Below are positions 39,826-48,817 of a stretch of DNA of 64,000 nt, in pieces (position 1 is the first letter of the stretch; every line of letters begins with the position of its first letter). The notes under the pieces are model-generated. The model worked only from the letters and a program-made list of their open reading frames with translations, had not been told where the DNA came from and searched no databases. Source of the stretch: a bacterium (GTDB lineage: Bacteria; Krumholzibacteriota; Krumholzibacteriia; LZORAL124-64-63); contig JANOEP010000011.1 in NCBI GenBank assembly GCA_031441465.1, positions 35,890-99,889 of the forward strand, read 5' to 3'. Both the position numbers and the translations under genes were made by a program.

Positions 39826-40646
39826 CGGTACCCCAGGGCCACGGTTACGGCCACGTGGATCACCATGATGACCAACATGAGGTAAGCAAAGGGTTTGTGG
39901 ATGACGTGCCAATAGTGGAACAACTCCCGGATGCGGTTGTGGAACAGGATTCGACGACCGAGCAAGACCCGCGCCTTGGCGGCCGCCAGGACCGTCATGG
40001 AGGCCCCGGCCGGCAACTGCTTTCGTAACCGCATGCCCAGCAACATGTTGCTCAGAGGCAGGCGCCACAGGCTGCCGCTCGCCGTGGTGGCGGTCGCCAG
40101 GGTGGACATCGTGCGCGCGTCCAGCCCGTGAGCCTCGCGCAGCAGACGGTCGGCCTCCTCGAGCTGGAGCTGGATCTGTTCGATGGTCATGGCTTCGCCC
40201 AGCACGTTGCGCGGCAGTTGCAGGTACAGATACCGTCCGAACACGCCGCTGAGCGCCACGGCCATCATGGACCAGTAGCTCACTGCGACCAGGCCCTGGA
40301 CCTTGAGCGAAGTGTGCAGCGTCACCAGCAGAGGTCCCGAGATTCCCAGGAAGATGTGCCCGTCGAGCCAGCGCGCGATGTGCCCTTTGCCGGCAAGCCC
40401 GTGCCAGCGCTTGCGCAGGGAGTAGAGCAGCAGCAGCAGGATCTGCAGGCTGCCGACGATGCCCAGGCCGTGGCCCACCGTGCCGGCCGGACGCAGGCTG
40501 CGGAAATCCGGGTGGTGGGGGCGCAGGTCCAACGGCAGGCTGTAGTAGTCGATTCCGACCACGAGCAGCCAGGTGATCGCGGCGGCGAGCAGGAGATAAC
40601 TGAATCGCAGCACGATGCGGAACCCGCGGGTGCTCCCGGCGGCCAT
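39813..40646 (-). CDS. Integral membrane protein with His-rich TM helices, a candidate b-type cytochrome / quinol-oxidising electron-entry component.
   Basis: 277 aa with ~6 TM segments. Conserved His within the helices (HGLGIVG, HIFLGISG, HYWHVIHKPF). Overlaps the start of the 20-heme gene by 13 nt. Confidence 0.5.
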   Translation of the reverse strand: MAAGSTRGFRIVLRFSYLLLAAAITWLLVVGIDYYSLPLDLRPHHPDFRSLRPAGTVGHGLGIVGSLQILLLLLYSLRKRWHGLAGKGHIARWLDGHIFLGISGPLLVTLHTSLKVQGLVAVSYWSMMAVALSGVFGRYLYLQLPRNVLGEAMTIEQIQLQLEEADRLLREAHGLDARTMSTLATATTASGSLWRLPLSNMLLGMRLRKQLPAGASMTVLAAAKARVLLGRRILFHNRIRELFHYWHVIHKPFAYLMLVIMVIHVAVTVALGYRWVF

Positions 40647-40822
40647 GGCGTCTCCTTGTCGGTCAACGGATTCGGGCGGCATCATTCTAGGCTCTCTTGC
40701 TTCCGATACAACCAGTATGTCGTGTCGCAAATGGTTGTCCTGGAGCGGCGGAGGTGATAGTTTTCCCCACATGCCCGGTGCCCCGGCGGAGCGATCCCGG
40801 GGCGCCCCTTTTTCCGCGTGTG

Positions 40823-42847
40823 ATGACGGAGGTGTCCATGGACGTCAGCGGCAAGGCCAAGAGCCTCCCCGAGAACGCCTACCGCAAGCTCAAGCCCGGC
40901 GAGGAATACATCCCCGTCGTGCCTGCCGGTCGGATCGTACCCGAGCTGACACCCTACTCCCTGATCTGGGGTCTGGTGTTCGCGGTGATCTTCTCGGCGG
41001 CGGCCGCCTACCTGGGCCTGAAGATCGGCCAGGTGTTCGAAGCGGCCATCCCCATCACGATCCTGGCGATCGGCCTGAGCGCGAAGCGCAAGGACGCCCT
41101 GCAGCAGAACGTGATGATCCAGTCCATCGGCTCCGCCTCGGGCGTGGTCGTGGCCGGCGCCATCTTCACGCTGCCCGGCATCTACATCCTGAACCTGTCG
41201 GACAAGACCAATTTCATGCAGATGTGCCTGGCCTCCCTGCTGGGCGGCTTCCTGGGCATCCTGTTCCTGATCCCGTTCCGCCGCTTCTTCGTCAAGGAGA
41301 TGCACGGCGAGTTCCCGTTCCCCGAGGCCACCGCCAGCACCGAGGTGCTGATGGCGGGCGAGGCCGGCGGCGGCCAGGCGAGCGTGCTGGTCAAGAGCGG
41401 TCTGCTGGCCGGCGGTTTCCAGCTGTTCTCGCAGACGTGCGGCCTGTGGCGCGAGACCTTCGGCACGCCCGCCTTCGCGTGGGGCGAGTCGCTTTCGAGG
41501 AAGGTGCGCCTGGAGTTCCACATGATGACCGAGGCCGCGATCATCGGCCTGGGCTACATCATCGGCCTGCGCTACGCGCTGATCATCGCCTGCGGTTCGT
41601 TCCTGTCGTGGTGGGTCATGACTCCCATGATCGGCATCCTGGGCAAGGGCGTGACGGTCGCCGGCACGCTGTACCGCCTGGAAGCCCTCGACGGTCTGGA
41701 CACGCTCATGATCTTCCGCAACTTCGTGCGGCCGGTGGGCATCGGCGCGATCGCGATGAGCGGTCTGATCGGCGTCTGGAAGAGCCGCAGCATCATCCTG
41801 GGCGCCTTCAAGCTGGCGGCCGGCGGCGCGGCGGCCAAGTCCGCGGCCGGTGGCGTCGTCGAGCGCACGCAGCGCGACCTGCCCATGAACATCGTGACCT
41901 CGGGCCTGATCATGACCCTGTTGGCGGTGTTCTGCTTCTTCTGGTTCATGGTGCCCGGCGTGGGCATGGGCCAGGCCCTGGCCGGCCTGGCGGTCGTGGC
42001 CGGCATCTCGTTCCTGTTCACGACGGTCGCCGCGCGCGCCATCGCCATCGTGGGCACCAACCCGGTGTCCGGCATGACCCTGATGACCCTGATCATCAGC
42101 TCGGTGGTCCTGAAGGCCGTGGGCCTGCAGGGCCAGGAGGGCATCGTGGCGGCGCTGTTGATCGGCGGCGTGGTCTGCACCGCGCTCTCGATGAGCGGCG
42201 GCTTCGTCAGCGACCTGAAGATCGGCTACTGGCTGGGCACGACGCCCTCCACCCAGGAGAAATGGAAGTTCCTGGGCACGGTCGTGGCGGCCGTCTCGGT
42301 GACCGCGGTGATCATGATCCTGAACACCAGCTACGGCTTCTCCGGGGAGGGCGCCCTGCCCGCGCCCCAGGCCAACGCGATGGTGGCCGTGATCGAGCCC
42401 CTGATGACCGGCCAGCCGGCCCCTTGGCTGCTGTACATGGCCGGCATCTTCATGGCGCTGATCCTGCAGTGGACGGGCCTGCCGGCGCTCGCCTTCGCCC
42501 TGGGCATGTACCTGCCCCTGGAGGTCAACACGCCGGTGTTGGCCGGCGGTCTGATCGCCTACTGGGTCGGCAAGGGCGGCAGCGAAGCGGCGCAGACCGC
42601 GCGCAAGGATCGCGGCACGCTGATCGCGAGCGGCTTCGTGGCCGGCGGCGCCATCATGGGCGTCATTGCCTCGATCATCAAGTTCGCGGGGATCCAGTCG
42701 TCCGGCGACGCCAAGTGGAGCGTGGACCGTGTCCTGGGCACGGACGGGTGGCTCGAGAACCCCGCTTCGGCCGTGCTGACGCTGGTGATGTTCTGCCTCC
42801 TGGGCTACTACCTGTACCGCAGCTCGCGGTCGGCCGCCAAGGACTGA
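40823..42847 (+). CDS. OPT-family oligopeptide transporter.
   Basis: ~16 TM segments with OPT signature regions. 674 aa. Confidence 0.8.
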   Translation: MTEVSMDVSGKAKSLPENAYRKLKPGEEYIPVVPAGRIVPELTPYSLIWGLVFAVIFSAAAAYLGLKIGQVFEAAIPITILAIGLSAKRKDALQQNVMIQSIGSASGVVVAGAIFTLPGIYILNLSDKTNFMQMCLASLLGGFLGILFLIPFRRFFVKEMHGEFPFPEATASTEVLMAGEAGGGQASVLVKSGLLAGGFQLFSQTCGLWRETFGTPAFAWGESLSRKVRLEFHMMTEAAIIGLGYIIGLRYALIIACGSFLSWWVMTPMIGILGKGVTVAGTLYRLEALDGLDTLMIFRNFVRPVGIGAIAMSGLIGVWKSRSIILGAFKLAAGGAAAKSAAGGVVERTQRDLPMNIVTSGLIMTLLAVFCFFWFMVPGVGMGQALAGLAVVAGISFLFTTVAARAIAIVGTNPVSGMTLMTLIISSVVLKAVGLQGQEGIVAALLIGGVVCTALSMSGGFVSDLKIGYWLGTTPSTQEKWKFLGTVVAAVSVTAVIMILNTSYGFSGEGALPAPQANAMVAVIEPLMTGQPAPWLLYMAGIFMALILQWTGLPALAFALGMYLPLEVNTPVLAGGLIAYWVGKGGSEAAQTARKDRGTLIASGFVAGGAIMGVIASIIKFAGIQSSGDAKWSVDRVLGTDGWLENPASAVLTLVMFCLLGYYLYRSSRSAAKD

Positions 42848-42918
42848 CCCGGGGCCGGCTCGGGCCGAACGGCGATGGGGCGGCCGCGGGGCCGCCCCCT
42901 TCCATCCGGGAGACGACG

Positions 42919-43458
42919 ATGAACGCAACGACGATGCGACGGTCCTGCCTAGCGGCGGCCCTCCTGCTGGGAGTGTGCGCCGGCTGTGGCGGCAAGGGGC
43001 CGCAGACGTTGGCCACCCATGCCTTCGACGACGGGACGGGGTTGCTCGACCTGGGATTCGACGCGGCCCTCGAGACCGGTTCCGATGGCGGCGTGCTGCG
43101 GATCGAGGCAGCGCAGGATCGCGTGCTGGTCAACATCTGCGAATTGGCGGGACCGAAGGGCGACGTCGAGGCGATCGCCGTCGGCTGCCGCATCCGCAGC
43201 GAACTGCTCAGTCACCATGTCTTCCTGGATCTCTGGATCTTCCCGCGCGACGGCGAGCCGCGCCTGACGCGCACCGCCCTGCAGAACATCCGCCGGACCG
43301 TGCCCTGGACCGACATCGCGGTGCGGGTGCCGCTCAAGACGGGGGAGCAGCCCGAAAAGCTGCGCGTCGCCATCTATGCCGACGGCTCCGGCCGCATCTG
43401 GCTGGACGACCTCGTCGTCCGCGCCGGTCTCTCGGCGGATTTCGACGGCGGCCGGTGA
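42919..43458 (+). CDS. Hypothetical lipoprotein.
   Basis: Lipobox LLLGVCAGC. 179 aa. Confidence 0.5.
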   Translation: MNATTMRRSCLAAALLLGVCAGCGGKGPQTLATHAFDDGTGLLDLGFDAALETGSDGGVLRIEAAQDRVLVNICELAGPKGDVEAIAVGCRIRSELLSHHVFLDLWIFPRDGEPRLTRTALQNIRRTVPWTDIAVRVPLKTGEQPEKLRVAIYADGSGRIWLDDLVVRAGLSADFDGGR

Positions 43459-43459
43459 C

Positions 43460-44542
43460 GTGAACCGCGTCTGGATTTCCCGCCGTGGCGGTCCCGAAAC
43501 GCTGGTCCTGCGCGAGGAACCCGATCCCTCGCCGCGTCCCGGCGAGGTGCGCCTGCGCGTCGACGCCGCCGGCGTCAACTTCGCGGACGTGATGATCCGC
43601 ATCGGTCTGTATCCCGGCGCGCCGCGCTTGCCCATGGTCCCCGGTTACGAGGTCGCGGGCGTCGTGGACGCGCTGGGCGAGGGGGCGCCGGCGGACCTCG
43701 CCGGGCGTCGCGCGCTGGCCTTCTGCGAATTCGGCGGCTATGCCGACGTGGTCTGCGTGCCGGCCGGCGCCGTTTTTCCCCTGCCCGATTCCGTGAGCAC
43801 GGTCGAAGCCGCCGCGTTGCCGGTGAACTTCCTGACCGCCTGGCAGATGCTCGAGGTCATGGCTCCGGCCGGACCCGGCGACACGGTGCTGATCCACGGC
43901 GCCGCCGGCGGGGTGGGCACGGCGGCGACGCAGCTGGCGCGCCGCCGCGGCGCCCGCGTGCTGGGCAGCGCCTCGCCGTCGAAGCACGCCTGGCTGCGGG
44001 AGCGGGGCGTGGAGCTGTGCCTGGACTCGCGCCGGCGCAGTTTCGCCGCGGAGGTGCGGGAAGCGACGGGCGGGCGCGGCGCGGACGTGGTGCTCGAGCC
44101 GCGCCACGGACGCTGGATCCGCGAGAGCTACGAGAGCCTCGCGCCCACGGGCCGACTGGTGCTGTTCGGCTTCGCCGACGCGGCGACGCTCAACGGCTCG
44201 CGCCTGGCGCCGTTGCGGACGCTGATCGGCGTGCCGTGGCTGCTGATGAATCCGCTCCGGCTGGTGAACGACAACCGGGGCGTCCTGGGCGTGAACCTGG
44301 GTCGCCTGTGGGACGACCACGCCCGTGTCGCCGGCTGGATGCGGCGCATCCTCGCGCTGGCGGCGGCGGGCGAGGTGCGTCCGGTGATCGACCGCGCGTA
44401 CCGTTTTCGCGACGCCGACCGCGCCCACCTCGCATTGCAGCTGCGGCACAACCGCGGCAAGATCCTGCTGGTCAGCGACGACGCCGCCGCGCGCGGCGAT
44501 CTCGGCTGCCCGGTGGGCGACCAGGAGGAATCCCGATCATGA
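43460..44542 (+). CDS. Zn-independent MDR-family quinone oxidoreductase / NADPH:quinone reductase-like.
   Basis: GTG start 1 nt after the previous stop. GAAGGVG Rossmann motif. MDR fold. Confidence 0.75.
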   Translation: MNRVWISRRGGPETLVLREEPDPSPRPGEVRLRVDAAGVNFADVMIRIGLYPGAPRLPMVPGYEVAGVVDALGEGAPADLAGRRALAFCEFGGYADVVCVPAGAVFPLPDSVSTVEAAALPVNFLTAWQMLEVMAPAGPGDTVLIHGAAGGVGTAATQLARRRGARVLGSASPSKHAWLRERGVELCLDSRRRSFAAEVREATGGRGADVVLEPRHGRWIRESYESLAPTGRLVLFGFADAATLNGSRLAPLRTLIGVPWLLMNPLRLVNDNRGVLGVNLGRLWDDHARVAGWMRRILALAAAGEVRPVIDRAYRFRDADRAHLALQLRHNRGKILLVSDDAAARGDLGCPVGDQEESRS

Positions 44543-45660
44543 GACATTTGCTCCAGCCGCGCCTGCGCGCCGTCGCCCTCACCACCCTCATCTTGGCCAC
44601 CCTCGTCCTGGCCGCCCTCGCGGTCGACGCCGGGGCCGCGACACCGGCGCAGCGGGTCGCCGCCGTCGCGGCGACGCTCGCCCAGGCCAGGGAACTCGGC
44701 GCCGACAAGCGCTGCCCCGACGACTACCGCACGGCCGAAGCCGCGAACGACGTGGCGGTCGGCTGCGTGAACGGGGGCGGCGATTGCAACAGCACCCTGA
44801 CCGCCGCCGAACTGGCGGCCGCGCGCGCGCTCAGCCGCATCCGCTTCATCGAGGACCTGCGGTCGGCGCGCCACGACTGGCAGGAGGCGGCCGAGCGCTA
44901 CGACCGCCTCGTCGAGCGCGTCGCCACCGTCGCGGGCCTGGTGGTCGACCCGGCGCTCTCGGGCGAAGCGGCCGGCCGGCGCGTGCTCGCGGACCTCGAC
45001 CGGATGATGACCGCGCTGCGCGTCCGGGCGGATTCGCTCGAGGCGGTCAACCGCGGCTTCGGGGCCTGGGTCGAGGGCGGTCGCGCCGTCCAGGACTCGA
45101 CCATCGCCGAATTGAGGCGCGAGCTGACCACGTCGCGGCACGCGCTCTGGGAGATGCAACTGCGGGCGGGCGTGGCCGAGGCCGACCTCTCCGCCGTCGA
45201 ATCGAGGGAGACCCGCGTGCAGGACCGCGAAACGGAGGTGCGCAGCCTCGGGCAGCTCTTCACCCCGGAAGAGGGGCAGGTCTGGCTGACCCCTGAGGGT
45301 GACGTGCGGGTGCGGCTGACGGGTTTGAAGTTCGCTTCGGGCAACGCCTGGCTGAACCCGAAGTACGACGCGCTGCTGGACAAGGCCGCCGAGGCGGTTC
45401 GCCGCTTCCCCGACCTGGTCCCTGGTGTGGAAGGCCACACCGACGACACCGGCCCCCGCGCCGCCAACCAGAAGCTGTCGCTGGCCCGCGCGCAGGCCGT
45501 GGCGGCGGCGCTGGCCAAGCGGCTGGACGCGACGACGGCGTCCCTGGCGGCGGTGGGCATGGGGCCGGACCAGCCGGTCGCCCCGAACAAGACCGACGAG
45601 GGCAAGGCCCGCAACCGGCGTATCGAGCTGGTGCTGAAGGCGGCGCGCGACGGGAATTGA
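44539..45660 (+). CDS. OmpA-family protein with N-terminal coiled-coil region.
   Basis: Signal peptide. C-terminal OmpA peptidoglycan-binding domain (GHTDDTG...NQKLSLARAQAV...RRIEL). ATGA overlap with the upstream gene. Confidence 0.8.
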   Translation: MRHLLQPRLRAVALTTLILATLVLAALAVDAGAATPAQRVAAVAATLAQARELGADKRCPDDYRTAEAANDVAVGCVNGGGDCNSTLTAAELAAARALSRIRFIEDLRSARHDWQEAAERYDRLVERVATVAGLVVDPALSGEAAGRRVLADLDRMMTALRVRADSLEAVNRGFGAWVEGGRAVQDSTIAELRRELTTSRHALWEMQLRAGVAEADLSAVESRETRVQDRETEVRSLGQLFTPEEGQVWLTPEGDVRVRLTGLKFASGNAWLNPKYDALLDKAAEAVRRFPDLVPGVEGHTDDTGPRAANQKLSLARAQAVAAALAKRLDATTASLAAVGMGPDQPVAPNKTDEGKARNRRIELVLKAARDGN

Positions 45661-45666
45661 GCGGAC

Positions 45667-46281
45667 TCAGCGCCGGTTCGCCTCCTGGGGCGCGGCGGTC
45701 GCCGGTGCGCCCGGCAGGGGATTCTCCTTGAGGATGGCGGACACGGCCTGGAAATCCTCGGTCCGCGCCACCTTGAGGATCTCGAACATCACCATCTCGG
45801 CGGTCATCACCTGGGCGCCGATGTCGCGCAGGTAGGCCAGGCCGAGGTTGCGGTTGCTGACCTGCCGCGACGAGACGGCGTCGGCCGCCACCGCCACCTG
45901 ATATCCCGCCTCGAGCAGGTCGCGCGCCGTCTGGTAGACGCACACGTGCGCCTCGATCCCGCACAGCACGATCTGGTCGCGGTTCAGGCTCTTGAGCCGG
46001 CGGTTGAAGTTGTGGTCCGCGGCGCAGGAGAAGCTGATCTTCTCGATGGGCTCGTAGCGCCGCGGCAACGCGGCGAGTTCCTCGACGGTGCCGCCCAGAC
46101 CGCGCGGGTAGTGCTCGGTGACCAGGACCGGGACGTCCAGCCGGTCGCAGAAGCGGATCAGGCGCGAGCAATTGGCCAGCACCAGGCCCATCTCGTGGAT
46201 CAGCGGCCGGAACTGTTCCTGGACGTCGATGACGACCAGGGCGGTGCGGTTCTTTTCCAGGCGCGGCGGCGGCTTGGGCAT
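45667..46281 (-). CDS. Isochorismatase-family cysteine hydrolase.
   Basis: ALVVIDVQ N-terminal motif and the catalytic Cys context LCGIEAHVCV. Confidence 0.8.
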   Translation of the reverse strand: MPKPPPRLEKNRTALVVIDVQEQFRPLIHEMGLVLANCSRLIRFCDRLDVPVLVTEHYPRGLGGTVEELAALPRRYEPIEKISFSCAADHNFNRRLKSLNRDQIVLCGIEAHVCVYQTARDLLEAGYQVAVAADAVSSRQVSNRNLGLAYLRDIGAQVMTAEMVMFEILKVARTEDFQAVSAILKENPLPGAPATAAPQEANRR

Positions 46282-46314
46282 CGGCGGTCCTTTCGTGGCG
46301 CGACGGCGCCGCGT

Positions 46315-47529
46315 TCATTCGCCGCGCGGCGGCGGCGCGTAGTCGGCGCAGGGATCCACGACTTCGGCGTAAGGGCTGTTCCAGCTCGTGTCGAACCAGC
46401 GCGCCAGGTCCCCGGCGACCGGCCCGCCGGCGATGAAGAAGCTCAAGTTGCGGGACTCGTGGAAGTAGTCACGTCCCCAGTTGGCGGTGCCCAGCCAGGC
46501 TTCGTCCCCGTCCTTGACCAGGTACTTCGGGTGCTCCACGCGCGCGAACGGGATGTAGCCGCCGGACCATTCCGGGATGTTCGTGAAGCGGACCTCGACG
46601 TTGTCGAGCACGGCGAGGCTCTTGATGTGCGGCAGCGCGGCGGCGCGTTTGGCCCAGTTCGACAGGATGACCTTCACCTGCACGCCGCGCGCCGCGGCGC
46701 GGCGCAGGGCGGCGTCCAGGGTCGCGTAGTAGGTCCCGTCGCGTTCGGTGACGCCGTAGCTCAGCAGGTGCAGGCGCACCTCATGCGCGGCGCGGTCGAT
46801 CAGGTCGACCAGCAGCGGCTCGTCGTGCGGCACGCCGGGCGGCAGCGCCGGCGGCGGGCTGGCCGCGAAGCGGACCGTCGCCGGCGCGTCGCCGCCCGCT
46901 TCCAGGATCCAGGGGCCGGAGTCGGTGGCGACCGCCGGCGGCGGCTCGCCGCCGGCCAGGGCCCAATCGTGCGCGAAGACGGCACCGACGGCCGTCGCGA
47001 CCGCGACCGATTCGAACCGCGCACCTAGTTCGTGGATGTGCTCGAGGGCCCGGTAATCCCAGTTCTGGCTGCCGACGAAGCAGGCGCGGTCGTCCACAAC
47101 GAAGAACTTGGCGTGCTGCACGCCGCCCCACAGGCGGCGCGCGTCGAGCAAGCGCGCCTCGGCCCCGGGCAGCGCCCCGACGGCGTCGACCCATTCGGGG
47201 TAGGTCTTGTGGAAGCCCAGGTCGGCGAGCAACCGGACGCGCACGCCGCGGGCGGCCGCCGCGGACACCGCCGCCAGCACGACGTCCAAGGCGTCGTCCC
47301 GCGCGGGATCGGCGCTGATGTAGAAGACCTCGATGTCCAGGGAGCGGCGCGCCGACGCGATCATCGCAGGCCAGACGTCGCGGGCCTCGGGCAGGACGGG
47401 CTGATCCAGAACGGTCTCGGCGGGCACGCTTTCGACCAGCTGCATGGTGCCCTGCCGCACGGCCGCCGTCGCGACGGTGAACTGCAGGAGCGCGGCGAGC
47501 GCCAGCGTTGCGAAAAGGGGCGTCTTCAT
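46315..47529 (-). CDS. Phospholipase D-family protein with two HKD motifs, secreted.
   Basis: Signal peptide. HAKFFVVDD...GSQNWD and HPKYLVKDG...GTANW. Confidence 0.8.
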   Translation of the reverse strand: MKTPLFATLALAALLQFTVATAAVRQGTMQLVESVPAETVLDQPVLPEARDVWPAMIASARRSLDIEVFYISADPARDDALDVVLAAVSAAAARGVRVRLLADLGFHKTYPEWVDAVGALPGAEARLLDARRLWGGVQHAKFFVVDDRACFVGSQNWDYRALEHIHELGARFESVAVATAVGAVFAHDWALAGGEPPPAVATDSGPWILEAGGDAPATVRFAASPPPALPPGVPHDEPLLVDLIDRAAHEVRLHLLSYGVTERDGTYYATLDAALRRAAARGVQVKVILSNWAKRAAALPHIKSLAVLDNVEVRFTNIPEWSGGYIPFARVEHPKYLVKDGDEAWLGTANWGRDYFHESRNLSFFIAGGPVAGDLARWFDTSWNSPYAEVVDPCADYAPPPRGE

Positions 47530-47774
47530 GGTCGGCTCCATCCGGCTGGGATCGCCCCAAACTAGCACGATCCGCCGTGACCCGCGAGGGGGGATCGCCC
47601 CGCGGGGTTCGACGATCCTGGCGTCGACGCTAGCAAGAACCGCACCCGTGCGCGCCGGGTTCGCCGCCCGCCGCCGGCCTTCACGGATTTCACATTTGAC
47701 GCGGGGGGGAAGTTGGTATATCCATGCGGCGTCGCACCGCCGACGGCGCGACGGCTCTGCACAAGGAGGGAAAC

Positions 47775-48083
47775 ATGAGCCTCGAAATCCGTTACCTGAA
47801 GTCCCGTCCGATCTGCAAGGTGACGTTCCGTCTGCCCGCCGAGGCCGCGCCCGATGCCGAGTCCGTGCACCTGGTCGGCGAGTTCAACGACTGGAACACC
47901 ACGAACTGCCCCATGACGCGCCTCAAGGACGGCGCTTTCAAGGTCGCCCTGGATCTGGAGACCGGCCGCTCGTACGGCTTCCGTTACCTCATCGACGGCA
48001 AGATCTGGGAAAACGACTGGGAAGCCCATCGCTACGAGCCGGCGCTGTCCGGCGGCGTCGAGAACTCGATCGTCGAGGTCTGA
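47775..48083 (+). CDS. Small CBM48/E-set (glycogen-binding / AMPK-beta-like) domain protein.
   Basis: RBS AAGGAGGG. VHLVGEFNDWN...GRSYGFRYLIDGKIWENDWEAH is typical of the CBM48 / isoamylase N-domain. Confidence 0.65.
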   Translation: MSLEIRYLKSRPICKVTFRLPAEAAPDAESVHLVGEFNDWNTTNCPMTRLKDGAFKVALDLETGRSYGFRYLIDGKIWENDWEAHRYEPALSGGVENSIVEV

Positions 48084-48168
48084 TCGCGCCCGCACCCGAG
48101 GGTGCCCGACGGCAGGAAGCCCCCGTCCGGACAGGACGGGGGCTTCTGCGTCCACCGGCGGCCGTGGG

Positions 48169-48669
48169 CTAGAGCAGGGCCTTCAGGACAGCCTCGTAGT
48201 CCGGCTCCGCCGTGGTCTCGGGGCAGAGCTGGCTGTGGGTGATCTTGCCGGCGGCGTCGATCACCAGGACCGAACGGGCCAGCAGTCCGGCCAGGGGGCC
48301 GTCGGCGATGCGCACGCCGTAGGCGCGGCCGAACCCGCCGTTGCGGAAGTCGGACACCGAGACGACGGCGTCGAGACCCTCGGCGCCGCAGAATCGCTTG
48401 TGGGCGAACGGCAGGTCCATCGAGGCGCACAGCACGACGGTGTCGGCGAGCTTGCCGGCCTCGACGTTGAAGCGGCGGACGCTCGCGGCGCACACGTCGG
48501 TGTCGATGCTCGGGAAGACGTTCAGGACGATGCGCTTGCCGCGCAGGTCGTCCAGGGTGACCTCCGAGAGATCGGTCTTGGTGAGCGTGAAGGACGGGGC
48601 GGTCGTCCCGACGGCCGGCAGCGCGCCGACGGTGTGGAAGGGGTTGCCCTTCAGCTTGAACTCGGCCAT
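48169..48669 (-). CDS. tpx: Thiol peroxidase Tpx (atypical 2-Cys peroxiredoxin).
   Basis: FPSIDTDVCAASVRRFN peroxidatic Cys motif and a resolving Cys ~35 aa later. 166 aa. Confidence 0.85.
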   Translation of the reverse strand: MAEFKLKGNPFHTVGALPAVGTTAPSFTLTKTDLSEVTLDDLRGKRIVLNVFPSIDTDVCAASVRRFNVEAGKLADTVVLCASMDLPFAHKRFCGAEGLDAVVSVSDFRNGGFGRAYGVRIADGPLAGLLARSVLVIDAAGKITHSQLCPETTAEPDYEAVLKALL

Positions 48670-48817
48670 GGCGGTCTCCTTCAAGTGGATGTTCGCGTTC
48701 ATTCCGCCCCCAATCTAGTGCCGGGGGCGCGGTTCGCCACCCCGCGACGCCGGGGACGCCGAAACGGCGGGGGCGGATCCCGCGGGATCCGCCCCCCGTC
48801 CGTCGCCGGCGGTCCGG

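Noticed and set aside
37076-40068. N-terminal extensions of the cytochrome ORFs (871-aa and 656-aa versions), and the 37080-37970 alternative frame
   Set aside because: The extensions are R/P-rich, lack CxxCH motifs and overlap the upstream gene. Internal ATGs followed by signal peptides give coherent proteins.
40615-43458. 947-aa plus-strand ORF and the 748-aa minus-strand ORF across the OPT transporter
   Set aside because: Alternative-frame artefacts. Only the last 179 codons (lipoprotein) of the plus ORF look genuine.
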